Positions 18,754 to 27,517 of a DNA stretch of 64,000 nt are shown here, in pieces; the stretch's first letter is position 1, and each line of letters opens with the position of its first letter. The DNA is taken from positions 1 to 64,000 of the forward strand of contig JBQLZK010000024.1 in the NCBI GenBank assembly GCA_052168235.1, written 5' to 3'. Source of the stretch: Thainema sp. GTDB taxonomy: Bacteria > Cyanobacteriota > Cyanobacteriia > Phormidesmidales > Phormidesmidaceae. The position numbers and the translations under genes are program-made. The notes beneath the pieces are model-generated. The model was given only the letters and a program-made list of their open reading frames with translations. It made no database searches and was not told where the DNA came from.

Positions 18754-19605
18754 ATGCCTGATTTTCGGGATATTCCTTCAGCGTCTTCTTCTCATTCAAG
18801 TTTTACCGATGTCCAGCTAGCCAGCGTTCATGAGCGCGCAGAGCAGACCCAGCAGGTGGCTTGGCTAAAGCGCTGCACAAGGGCGTTTCTGCTGCTGGGT
18901 CAGGTGATTCTGCGGATTATGCGTCGGCAGGTTCAGCAGCGACAGCTTACGGAACATCTGATTGCGGCTGGTCCCCAGAGTCTATTGCCGCTGCTGCTGA
19001 CCAACGGGTTTGCTGGCATGATTTTTACGATTCAGACAGCCCGTGAGCTAGAGCCGTTGGGTGCCATCAATGCTGTTGGCGGGGCGTTTGCGATCGCGTT
19101 TTGCCGAGAACTGGCTCCAATTCTCAGTGCTGGCATCCTGGCCGGTCAAGTGGGCTCCGCCTTTGCGGCTGAACTGGGCAGTATGAAAATTACCGAGCAA
19201 ATTGATGCGCTCTACATGCTGCGGACGGATCCAGTCGATTATTTAGTCGTGCCGCGCGTAATCGCTTGTAGCCTGATGCTGCCGATTATGACCGTGATTG
19301 CTCTGTTTATCGGCATTGTGGGTGGATGCGCGATCGCAACTCAGTTCTATAGTTTGCCACTCAGCATTTTTCTAGAATCCGTGCGATCTTCACTCACCCT
19401 ATCGGATGTGCTGAGCATTTTGCTGAAGGGCTGGCTGTTTGGCATCATGATTGCCATTATTGGCTGTAGCTGGGGTCTCACCACCCAAGGCGGCGTCAAA
19501 GGCGTGGGGCAATCAGCAACATCAGCCGTAGTCACCATCTGGGTATCAATCTTCATCGTTGATTTCTGCCTATCTTGGGCAATTTTCCACGAACTTATGG
19601 TCTAA
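18754..19605 (+). CDS. mlaE: MlaE/TGD1 family lipid ABC transporter permease
   Basis: RELAPIL, AELGSMKITEQIDAL, DPVDYLVVPR and GVGQSATSAVV motifs. Confidence 0.92.
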   Translation: MPDFRDIPSASSSHSSFTDVQLASVHERAEQTQQVAWLKRCTRAFLLLGQVILRIMRRQVQQRQLTEHLIAAGPQSLLPLLLTNGFAGMIFTIQTARELEPLGAINAVGGAFAIAFCRELAPILSAGILAGQVGSAFAAELGSMKITEQIDALYMLRTDPVDYLVVPRVIACSLMLPIMTVIALFIGIVGGCAIATQFYSLPLSIFLESVRSSLTLSDVLSILLKGWLFGIMIAIIGCSWGLTTQGGVKGVGQSATSAVVTIWVSIFIVDFCLSWAIFHELMV

Positions 19606-19673
19606 AGTCGTGCTCATCGAAAAGACTACATACAGGTTGCACAATTGCGATCGCATCTCCAACCAGCCAAGCC

Positions 19674-19773
19674 AACGCTAGTTTTCGCGACAGCCTTTTT
19701 CGCAACCAGTACTGTGACGCATACTAACGCTAGTTTTCGCGACAACCTTTTTCGCCGTCATTACTGTGACGCA
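19674..19773. repeat. Imperfect tandem direct repeat with a 52-bp period (2 copies)
   Basis: AACGCTAGTTTTCGCGACARCCTTTTTCGC-N6-TACTGTGACGCA starting at 19674 and 19726. Confidence 0.85.
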
Positions 19774-19789
19774 CAACTGTGATGCACAG

Positions 19790-20401
19790 CTATTGTGATG
19801 CACACTGCTCTAAGCGCAGCGGCATTTCGCGAATCCACCAGCCGCCGTAGGCATTACGAATTCCTGTGTCATAGGCCGGACGGAATGGGAAATAGCCTTG
19901 GGGCGTTGTCGTCGGAGTTGGATTTGCGATCGCATCCGGTCGTGACCAACCAACCAGGGCCTCAAACCAGAGGGAATCGGTGTAGTCCTGACCACCAATT
20001 TGCTGCCACAGTTCGGCTTGGGGACTTAAGCCGTATTGATTATCGCTGTAGTAAACCCAGAGCCGATCAATCGTTTGCAGATCCGCACAGGGCAAAGCTC
20101 TCGTATCGGTAGCAACCAAATAGCCCTGCTGTCGTTGATTAGCGGCCTGGAGCACGAGCTGTGAGGTGAGCTGGTTGGCCTCGCTCCACTGTCCGACTCG
20201 CAACAGATCCTGTAGCGGTGCATAATTAATGTTGCGATCGGAGGCTAACAGACCGGGGGGAATAGGTGGTTTACTCGTTGCCGTAGTGGCTGGCGTTTGG
20301 GCCAGTGAAGAGTGCCCAATGACTGACGTGAAAAGCTGACAGCCCACTAGGACAGCAAACGCGATTACCAGGCTACGACTTGAAAACCATGAGTGGGCCA
20401 T
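19790..20401 (-). CDS. Exported GUN4-like domain protein
   Basis: Signal peptide; YAPLQDLL..GQWSEAN and PCADLQTIDRLW..YS...GLS.Q GUN4 motifs. Confidence 0.85.
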   Translation of the reverse strand: MAHSWFSSRSLVIAFAVLVGCQLFTSVIGHSSLAQTPATTATSKPPIPPGLLASDRNINYAPLQDLLRVGQWSEANQLTSQLVLQAANQRQQGYLVATDTRALPCADLQTIDRLWVYYSDNQYGLSPQAELWQQIGGQDYTDSLWFEALVGWSRPDAIANPTPTTTPQGYFPFRPAYDTGIRNAYGGWWIREMPLRLEQCASQ

Positions 20402-20594
20402 ATCCGTATTCCCTAGGCCAGATTAGCCAAAATTTCCCTATCCAGAATTTTACTCGGCTATTTTCCCCTGCAAACTAGCTTGTAGAGTAACGTCATATAC
20501 AATCCGTTACTCTCAGTACAGCTCAAAAATGGAGTTGCCGTCGTGATACGACGGCAACTCCACGCAGTCAATATGAGAAACAAAATATGTGAGA

Positions 20595-21401
20595 TTAAGC
20601 CGCCATTGTTGCGACGGAACCACCGTCTACGCGATAGTCTGCACCAACCACAAAGCTGGACTGCTTGGAACACAAGAACGCAATCACAGCCGCAACTTCC
20701 TCAACTTCACCGCGACGATGTAGCTCAATATTGGGCCGCTTCTCATCTAAGAAGCTGTCGATGGCTTTGTCTACGCTGGTGCCCATCTTCTTGGCCCGCT
20801 TCTCCATCATGGCGTCGGTCATCGGTGTCGCAATAAACGCAGGCGATACTGAGTTCACCAACACGCCATCTTTAGCGTAGATTTTGGAGAGATTCTTGGT
20901 TAAGTTCAAAATGCCCGCTTTGGCTGCGCAATAGGGAATCTCATCCGGGTAGGGCAGCACCGCATCTTCGGAGGTGATCAGTACCACGCGGCCCCAACCT
21001 GCCTCACGCATACAGGGGATAAAGGCACGGCAAACTCGCACTGCCGCCATCAGGTCAACCTCTAGCGTTTGATACCAGTCGTCATCAGTCAGCTCCAGAA
21101 ACTCTTTGGTTGCACCCGTAATGCCAGCCGCATTGACCAGAATATCCACTCTGCCAAAGTGATCCAGAATCTGCTGCTTGGCCGATTCCACATCGTCCAG
21201 GTTCGTCAAATCAGCGGTTACACCAAAGGCTTCACCGATTTTTTGTACTTCTTTCACCGCTTCCTGTAAGGCATCGGTGGTCTTGTCGATGATGGCGATT
21301 TTGGCTCCTTCCGCCGCCAGCAGTTTGGCCGTCGCATGGCCAATGCCGCCAACATCTCCACCCGTGATGACGGCAACTTTATCTTTAATTCCTAGTTCCA
21401 T
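20595..21401 (-). CDS. SDR family NAD(P)-dependent oxidoreductase
   Basis: TGGDVGGIG, VNAAG, YCAAK and VDGG motifs. Confidence 0.92.
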   Translation of the reverse strand: MELGIKDKVAVITGGDVGGIGHATAKLLAAEGAKIAIIDKTTDALQEAVKEVQKIGEAFGVTADLTNLDDVESAKQQILDHFGRVDILVNAAGITGATKEFLELTDDDWYQTLEVDLMAAVRVCRAFIPCMREAGWGRVVLITSEDAVLPYPDEIPYCAAKAGILNLTKNLSKIYAKDGVLVNSVSPAFIATPMTDAMMEKRAKKMGTSVDKAIDSFLDEKRPNIELHRRGEVEEVAAVIAFLCSKQSSFVVGADYRVDGGSVATMAA

Positions 21402-21519
21402 GTTGTGTTAAGTAATGTGTTGAATCCTTTTTTCCTAGGATAGGGAGGATTCTGCGATCGCAACTCGTCCGATAGAGGAAGCAGGGATCTATCGGGAGGA
21501 GGGAATGTCGTCAATTCGC

Positions 21520-22671
21520 TTATGATACTTTTTCGACTAAACTCTCCTTCAGGGCATATACGACTCGTTCCTGCTCTGTGGCGGTTAGTTCAGGGAACAT
21601 CGGCAGGGACAGCACCTGATGTGCCATCCGTTCAGTGTTAGGCAAGCTGCCTGGCGCATAACCCAGCGACCGATAGACCGTTTGAAGATGCAGCGGAATC
21701 GGGTAGTAAATCATTGAAATAACGCCCTGCTCTTGCAAGGCTTGGCGAATGCGATCGCGCAGGTTGGGCTGATCGTCAGTCGAAGCGGTGGTACTGTCCA
21801 ACACGCGGATGGTGTACTGGTTCCAGACGGTGGTGCCGCCAGTGGGGGCTTGCGGTAGCTGTAGCCCCGGAACAGGACTGAGCAAGTCGGTGTAGCGCTG
21901 GGCAATCGCCTGCCGCTGCTGATTCCAACTGTCGAGGTAGCGCAGTTTAACGCTCAAAATAGCGGCCTGTACGGCATCCAAACGACTGTTAATACCAATT
22001 TCGTCGTGATAGTAGCGGACATAGCTGCCGTGTTCCTTGATCATCCGCATCCGTTTCGCCAGATCTGGATCGTTAGTTGCGATCGCGCCGCCGTCGCCAC
22101 AGGCTCCCAGATTCTTGGTGGGATAGAAGCTGAAGCAGCCAATCTGACCGATGCTGCCCACCTTTTGGCCGTTCCAGGTCGCTCCCGTCGCCTGAGCGCA
22201 GTCTTCAATTACGGGTAAATTATGCGCTTGAGCGATCGCCATCAGTCGAGTCATATCGACCGGATACCCAAACAGATGCACGGGCATAATCGCCCGCGTT
22301 TTGTCGGTGATCGCGGCCTCAATCTGCTGGACATCCAGGTTAAACGTGTCGTCGATGTCAACAAAAACGGGCGTTGCCCCGACGGCGCTGATCATTTCTG
22401 CCGTAGCGATAAAGGTGAAGGGACTGGTGATCACTTCATCGCCAGGGCCAATGTCATAGGCTCGCAGCGCCAAGTACAGCGCATCCGTGCCGGAGTTGCA
22501 AGAGATACACTCTTGGGTGCCATGATACTGGGCAAATTCCTGCTCAAAGGTTTGCACCGTCGCACCGTTAATATAGCGGCCTGACGCTAGGACTTCGCTG
22601 ACAACTTGACTAATTTCAGCCTGAATCGCGGCATACTGCCGAGTTGAATCAAAGGGAGGTATTGTACTCAC
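21520..22671 (-). CDS. DegT/DnrJ/EryC1/StrS PLP-dependent aminotransferase (likely GTG start at 22671)
   Basis: NSGTDAL, IEDCAQA, SFYPTKNLG and GINSRLD motifs. Confidence 0.93.
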   Translation of the reverse strand: MSTIPPFDSTRQYAAIQAEISQVVSEVLASGRYINGATVQTFEQEFAQYHGTQECISCNSGTDALYLALRAYDIGPGDEVITSPFTFIATAEMISAVGATPVFVDIDDTFNLDVQQIEAAITDKTRAIMPVHLFGYPVDMTRLMAIAQAHNLPVIEDCAQATGATWNGQKVGSIGQIGCFSFYPTKNLGACGDGGAIATNDPDLAKRMRMIKEHGSYVRYYHDEIGINSRLDAVQAAILSVKLRYLDSWNQQRQAIAQRYTDLLSPVPGLQLPQAPTGGTTVWNQYTIRVLDSTTASTDDQPNLRDRIRQALQEQGVISMIYYPIPLHLQTVYRSLGYAPGSLPNTERMAHQVLSLPMFPELTATEQERVVYALKESLVEKVS

Positions 22672-22773
22672 TCGCTCACACCACACACACTAAAGTCAGA
22701 AGATAGGCTCAAACGCAAAAAGTTTCTGCCACTCTTATACCATCTTCGCTGGTTCCGCAAGGGGCAGGGTGTG

Positions 22774-24117
22774 CTAGAAAATGAACACCAGTTTGAGGCT
22801 CCAGGTGCGATCGCGCCGCACAATTTGGATTTGCTGAATAAACTCTCGAAAGTAGAATCGCCGCTCAGCCTCGGTCAAATCCAGCCAGAAGCGTGGGATC
22901 GAAACCGCCTGCGCCGTTTCCAGCAGATTCACTGGCGGCAATTGTGCCAGTTTGCTCTGCAACTCTGCCAGTTCGGTTTTGACTTGATAAATACGCAAGT
23001 CCGCCGTTGCCTGGTCTAGCACTTCGTTTTGTACCAGATCGGGAATTTGCGCCAGAACATTCTGCTTGGCCTCAATTTGGGCCGCAATTCCCTGCTTAAT
23101 CGGTGACATATTCGGCATTGATAAGCCCGCAACCGCCTGGGGAAGCTGATCGCAAATCGTTTGAATCGTCCGTTCTAGAACATCTTCGTAGCGAATCGCT
23201 TTGCACTTGGGCTGCTGCGGACAAGCCGTGGGACGCAAATACAGATACTCCCCTTGTTTGCCGCGCTGGGTCACGCGAGTAATGGTCATGGCGGAACCGC
23301 ATTCGGCACAGGTGACGAGGCCAGACAGCGATCGCGGGGCGCTCGCTGTGCGAGGCGGCATCTGGCTATTGCGGCGCAGCAGTCGATCCACCTGAGCAGC
23401 TTCGTCTCGCGAAATAATCGGCGCATGGGTGTCGCGAATCACGTCCCCTTCTCGATAGGCCAAATCGCCCCGGTAAACGGGATTTGTCAGCCAGCGCTTA
23501 CCCGTGGAAACGGCAATTTTCTTGTTGTACTTTTTGGCCAAATGCCGCACCGCACCGCGCAGCGAGCCATAAATCAAGAAATGCTCAAAAAAATCCTTCA
23601 CCACCGGAGAAGCCGTGCGGTCAATTGTGTAGCGATCGCGGCCTCGTCGATAGCCGTAGGGCGCTTTTCCCGGTGGCGGCAGCGCCTGCACCCGGTTGCG
23701 AGCGTGACCCTGCCGGATGCGGTGGCTGCGCTGGTTCTGCTGAACTTCGCTGATCAGTTGAATCAGATTTCGCCGCAGATGGCCTGGGTTTTCAGCGGCT
23801 TGCGTCGCATCAGTCTGCAACTGGGCTGACTGGTAATCCTGCTCAATCGCAATGATTTGGATACCCACAGATTCCAGCGTATTCATGCGATCGCACACCG
23901 CCTGGATCGTATCGCCAAATTCCTCTAAACGTCGCAACAGTAGGTAATCTGGCGGTTCTGCCTGACAGTCTTCTAGGAGGGACTGGAGTTGCGATCGCGC
24001 TCCTTTTTGGCCCGCACTCAGATCCTGATAAACCCGATCCACCTCCCAGCCCCAAATCTCCGGACTCGGCGGCTCTTCCAACAGCACATCACTATACAGA
24101 TAGGCGAAAATTTTCAC
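22774..24117 (-). CDS. Large serine recombinase family protein with atypical catalytic motifs
   Basis: Resolvase-like N-terminal domain, APYGY, LTNPVYRG, THAPIIS, LSGLVTCAECG zinc ribbon, coiled coil. Confidence 0.85.
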   Translation of the reverse strand: MKIFAYLYSDVLLEEPPSPEIWGWEVDRVYQDLSAGQKGARSQLQSLLEDCQAEPPDYLLLRRLEEFGDTIQAVCDRMNTLESVGIQIIAIEQDYQSAQLQTDATQAAENPGHLRRNLIQLISEVQQNQRSHRIRQGHARNRVQALPPPGKAPYGYRRGRDRYTIDRTASPVVKDFFEHFLIYGSLRGAVRHLAKKYNKKIAVSTGKRWLTNPVYRGDLAYREGDVIRDTHAPIISRDEAAQVDRLLRRNSQMPPRTASAPRSLSGLVTCAECGSAMTITRVTQRGKQGEYLYLRPTACPQQPKCKAIRYEDVLERTIQTICDQLPQAVAGLSMPNMSPIKQGIAAQIEAKQNVLAQIPDLVQNEVLDQATADLRIYQVKTELAELQSKLAQLPPVNLLETAQAVSIPRFWLDLTEAERRFYFREFIQQIQIVRRDRTWSLKLVFIF

Positions 24118-24131
24118 GCCTCACTCCTCTC

Positions 24132-24197
24132 GCCCTACTCCCTACTCCCCACCCCGTCGCTCCCTCACTCCCTTGCCCCATCACTCCCTCACTCCCT
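24132..24197. repeat. STRR-like short tandem repeats (CCCTACT / CTCCCTCA)
   Basis: Pyrimidine-rich imperfect 7-8-mers in the intergenic gap. Confidence 0.6.
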
Positions 24198-24782
24198 TTA
24201 CTCTCCTACGTCATCACCCTCCAACGCCTCAATCCGCCGCTCTTCCACGCCGAGCTGCTCCTGCAAATCCTGCATCGACTGGCGAATCGCTTCCAGTTCC
24301 TGGCGTTGGGCAGCCTGATCGGTTTCAATCACCTCAATCACATTATCAAAACAGGCCGAAAATGCCGCCGCTGCTTCGTAGCGGGTAATCGCCTGATCGC
24401 CGCGAAAGGTGCCGTCAGGATAACCTGAAATACAGCCATAGCGCTCAACCAAACTGGTCACAGCCTGATAGGCCCAGTGGGTCGGCTCCACCAGTGGCCG
24501 AATGGGAATGGACACCTGCGCCAACTGTAGGTCACTGGGCTGATTGGTGAGCCAGCTTGGAGTAGTAGATCTGTCAGATAGCGGTTCAGCTAACGCATTG
24601 GCATCGGCACCTAGCGACTGGGTGGCAAAGCCGATTTGTATCGGCTCAGATGGTGCTGATTGAGTAGTATTGGTAGGGCTGGTTTGTGCGATCGCGCCTT
24701 CTCCTCCGATGCCGACCAGACCAATACTCGCAGCAACGGCACCCAGCCAAATCCCAGTTTGCAGATTGCAGTTCATCCCCAT
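24198..24782 (-). CDS. S-layer homology (SLH) domain protein resembling a porin N-terminus
   Basis: Signal peptide; PTHWAYQAVTSLVERYGCISGYPDGTFRGDQAITRYE; short C-terminal coiled coil. Confidence 0.85.
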   Translation of the reverse strand: MGMNCNLQTGIWLGAVAASIGLVGIGGEGAIAQTSPTNTTQSAPSEPIQIGFATQSLGADANALAEPLSDRSTTPSWLTNQPSDLQLAQVSIPIRPLVEPTHWAYQAVTSLVERYGCISGYPDGTFRGDQAITRYEAAAAFSACFDNVIEVIETDQAAQRQELEAIRQSMQDLQEQLGVEERRIEALEGDDVGE

Positions 24783-24812
24783 AACTCCTCTCCAGCGGAT
24801 TCATAACGAATG

Positions 24813-24907
24813 CGAAGTCTGGTTAAAACCTAATGATTTATTTTTTGTGAAAGGCTAGCTAAGCCAGCCTTTCACAAAAAATAAATTGGGTTCTCATCAC
24901 AGACTTG
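24813..24907. mobile_element. Palindromic MITE-like family copy C with short terminal inverted repeats
   Basis: Ends AAGTCTG / CAGACTT; internal palindrome ATTTATTTTTTGTGAAAGGCT...AGCCTTTCACAAAAAATAAAT; near-identical to copy B. Confidence 0.65.
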
Positions 24908-24965
24908 ATATACAGTATGGGACAGAAAATCACGTCCTATTGTTGCCACCCTGTCTTCTCTCATT

Positions 24966-25550
24966 ATGACTCTTGCCCCTTGGCGACCGCTGATCGCGCG
25001 AGCTCTCCATCGCAACCGCAGCGACGCTCACAGCCGCTATTTTCAAATTGCCACCGTCCGCGCCGATGGTCGTCCGGCCAATCGAACGGTCGTATTTCGC
25101 GGCTTCTTGAACGACGAAACTAATCAGCTCCAATTTGTCACCGATTTACGCAGCGACAAAATCGACCAAATCTATCATCAGCACTGGGCCGAGGTATGCT
25201 GGTACTTCACCAAAACCCGCGAACAGTTTCGCATTACGGGTACTTTGGAGTTAATCACCGCCGATCCGAACCAAGTCCAGCAGCAGGTTCGCATTGCTCT
25301 CTGGCAGCAGCTATCGGATAGCGCTCGGCTGCAGTTTGTCTGGCCCCACCCTGGCCAACCTCGTGCTGATCAAGCCAAGTTCACCGATATTACCGCACCG
25401 GATAAAACGCATCCGCCGGATAATTTTGGTCTGGTGCTACTCAATCCCACAGCGGTTGACCATCTGCAACTGCGCGGCGAACCGCAGAACCGCGATCGCT
25501 ATTTGTTGGAGTCAGGAACGGAGTGGAAAATCAAGGCGGTTAATCCGTAG
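24966..25550 (+). CDS. FMN-binding PPOX-type flavoprotein (Npun_F5749-like)
   Basis: QIATV, PANRTVVFRGF, TDLRSDK, EVCWYF..TREQFRI and VDHL.L motifs. Confidence 0.85.
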   Translation: MTLAPWRPLIARALHRNRSDAHSRYFQIATVRADGRPANRTVVFRGFLNDETNQLQFVTDLRSDKIDQIYHQHWAEVCWYFTKTREQFRITGTLELITADPNQVQQQVRIALWQQLSDSARLQFVWPHPGQPRADQAKFTDITAPDKTHPPDNFGLVLLNPTAVDHLQLRGEPQNRDRYLLESGTEWKIKAVNP

Positions 25551-25574
25551 GAAAGTGAGGCGTCCGGCAAGTAT

Positions 25575-25663
25575 TAGACTTTATTGGAAATAGAGTTTTG
25601 GGGTTGGAAATTATTTTGTAGCGCGGCTCCGCCGCGCTACAAAATAATTTCCGATAAGGTCTA
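25575..25663. mobile_element. 89-bp MITE-like element with 17-bp TIRs and an internal hairpin
   Basis: Left end TAGACTTTATTGGAAAT vs reverse-complemented right end TAGACCTTATCGGAAAT (2 mismatches); internal perfect 22-bp arms at 25606-25652. Confidence 0.65.
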
Positions 25664-25703
25664 CTATTCTCAGCACCCAAACCTAGTACCCAACACTCAC
25701 CAA

Positions 25704-26468
25704 CTATTCCTGAGCATTTCCAATTTTTACTCGCAAATCCAACCAACGAATACCAACTTTCTGCATGTAGGTTAATAGCGCGTAAATAAACGCGACGATA
25801 CCCAACATTTCTAGCGTCTCTTCGACCGTGGTAAATAAGACATAGCCTAGATTCTCTCGACCATTTACAAAGGCGTAGTAGCCGCTAAATAGTTCCACTA
25901 AAGCGGCACCCGAGAGATACAGACAAAATGCGAATATAAACAGCCGCCGAATTGGTTTCGGTAAATGGAACAGAAAACCGAGAAAGCTTAATCCAAAAAT
26001 GAGCAGTACTAATCCGGCTGGAATGAGCCATGCATTGTGAAAGAAGCCATTGACCCCCAAATTATGCATCGGTTTGGATGCCGCCTCGTGAATTTCTGTT
26101 AGTTCATCAATTGATAAATATAAAAATGTCAGCGACAGAAATCGCCAGTGATTAATATAGCGTCCACGGGTTTGGCGTTTAAATTGTGCGATCGCAAATA
26201 GCAGCACCGCACAAGCAGCCAGCGACAATGAAGAATAAAGAGTAGGAAAGTTTTGTTCCTGATTGACCGAGAATTTATAGAAGAGAAACCCTTTTAAGAA
26301 GAAATCCGGTAGCAGATACATCATGAGGGTGGTCACGATTGAGCAAATCACGAGTATCGTCACCACAACGCACAGAAAACGAGCTACTTTAGCAGCCGTT
26401 AGAGATGCATATGAGTCTTGTGATTCTGGAAATAGATGACTTGCCGCTCGGCTATTAACACTCAACAT
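25704..26468 (-). CDS. Multi-pass membrane hypothetical protein
   Basis: About 7 TM segments; EQNFPTLYS, LSIDE...IHE and EETLEM blocks. Confidence 0.75.
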   Translation of the reverse strand: MLSVNSRAASHLFPESQDSYASLTAAKVARFLCVVVTILVICSIVTTLMMYLLPDFFLKGFLFYKFSVNQEQNFPTLYSSLSLAACAVLLFAIAQFKRQTRGRYINHWRFLSLTFLYLSIDELTEIHEAASKPMHNLGVNGFFHNAWLIPAGLVLLIFGLSFLGFLFHLPKPIRRLFIFAFCLYLSGAALVELFSGYYAFVNGRENLGYVLFTTVEETLEMLGIVAFIYALLTYMQKVGIRWLDLRVKIGNAQE

Positions 26469-26931
26469 AATGGTATTTCTTAATGTTATTTCAGCTAATA
26501 AGGACTGCCTTAGAATAAGCCCAAAAAATTGAGCAAGATTCAAGGAACTTGCGTTTAGTCTTACTTGAACTTGCCCATTTAGTATTTTTTCAATTTGTCA
26601 TTCAAAACTCATATATTCAGTTAGTTGGTGATAAACAATCGAAACAACTGAATACGTACAGCCTCACATACCCTTTACAGTCAGTCAGTGCAAAATGGAT
26701 AAGTTTACATGAACTTTAGATTAGATTTAAGTTAAGATTAAGTTAATCAATGCTCGCTACAGGCATACACCGTAAGATTACTGACACTGAAGAGTTCCAG
26801 GTATTCTGAAATCTGCCAAAAGGTAGAAAGCTTAATCCAAAAAGGTAGATTTCTTAATCTCTGGATGTAAAAGAGCGATCGCAGATTGAACTGAGATCGC
26901 ATCTAAGAGATTTAGATATAAACCAAATCCA

Positions 26932-26978
26932 GGTTGAAAAGTAGAGTTTTCCCTGAGGGAAAACTCTACTTTTCAACC
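26932..26978. repeat. Perfect 47-bp palindrome (copy D)
   Basis: GGTTGAAAAGTAGAGTTTTCCCT-G-AGGGAAAACTCTACTTTTCAACC. Confidence 0.85.
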
Positions 26979-27068
26979 CTGTTGGGGGTTTAAAACAATC
27001 ATCAAGATAGCGATATTCGCCAAGTTTAAAAAGAAGGCCTACCATTTCATCGTGGTGGCAAAAGACCC

Positions 27069-27416
27069 TTAAGCTTCAGCCATACTGGTCTCAATTACGT
27101 TGGTTGCACAGCTCTGGTAGGCACCACCAATTTGCTGGGCCATTGTGTCAGGAAAAACGTGGAACTCTCCATTGGCCAAAGCTTTGATAATTCCATCGGC
27201 GACGAGGGTTGGCGGTTCGGAAATTTCGGCCAGTTCTGCCGCATCGCCTATTCGGTTGAGATCGGGCCAGGATGAACGCTCAATACCATCGTGCCTTGTT
27301 CACTCAGTAATTCTCGAAGCGCTTGAGTAATGGAATAAGCTGCCGCTTTGGAGGTCGAGTAGGCCGCGATTTGCGCCCGTCACTAGAACAGTTTTGTTGC
27401 GGATGTCGTAAGCCAT
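27069..27416 (-). pseudogene. SDR oxidoreductase pseudogene (large internal deletion plus frameshifts)
   Basis: [26 protein letters not shown] is joined out of frame to [16 protein letters not shown]...VHPGPI, then a second shift leads to the C-terminus. Confidence 0.8.
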
Positions 27417-27517
27417 GTTGATACCTCCTTTGGGGTTAAAAGTAAACCAAAAGCCTTGAACGATTGGTATAAGTTAAAACAAAAAAATTTAAAAGAAATC
27501 CGGTTTCTGAGGCAGCA

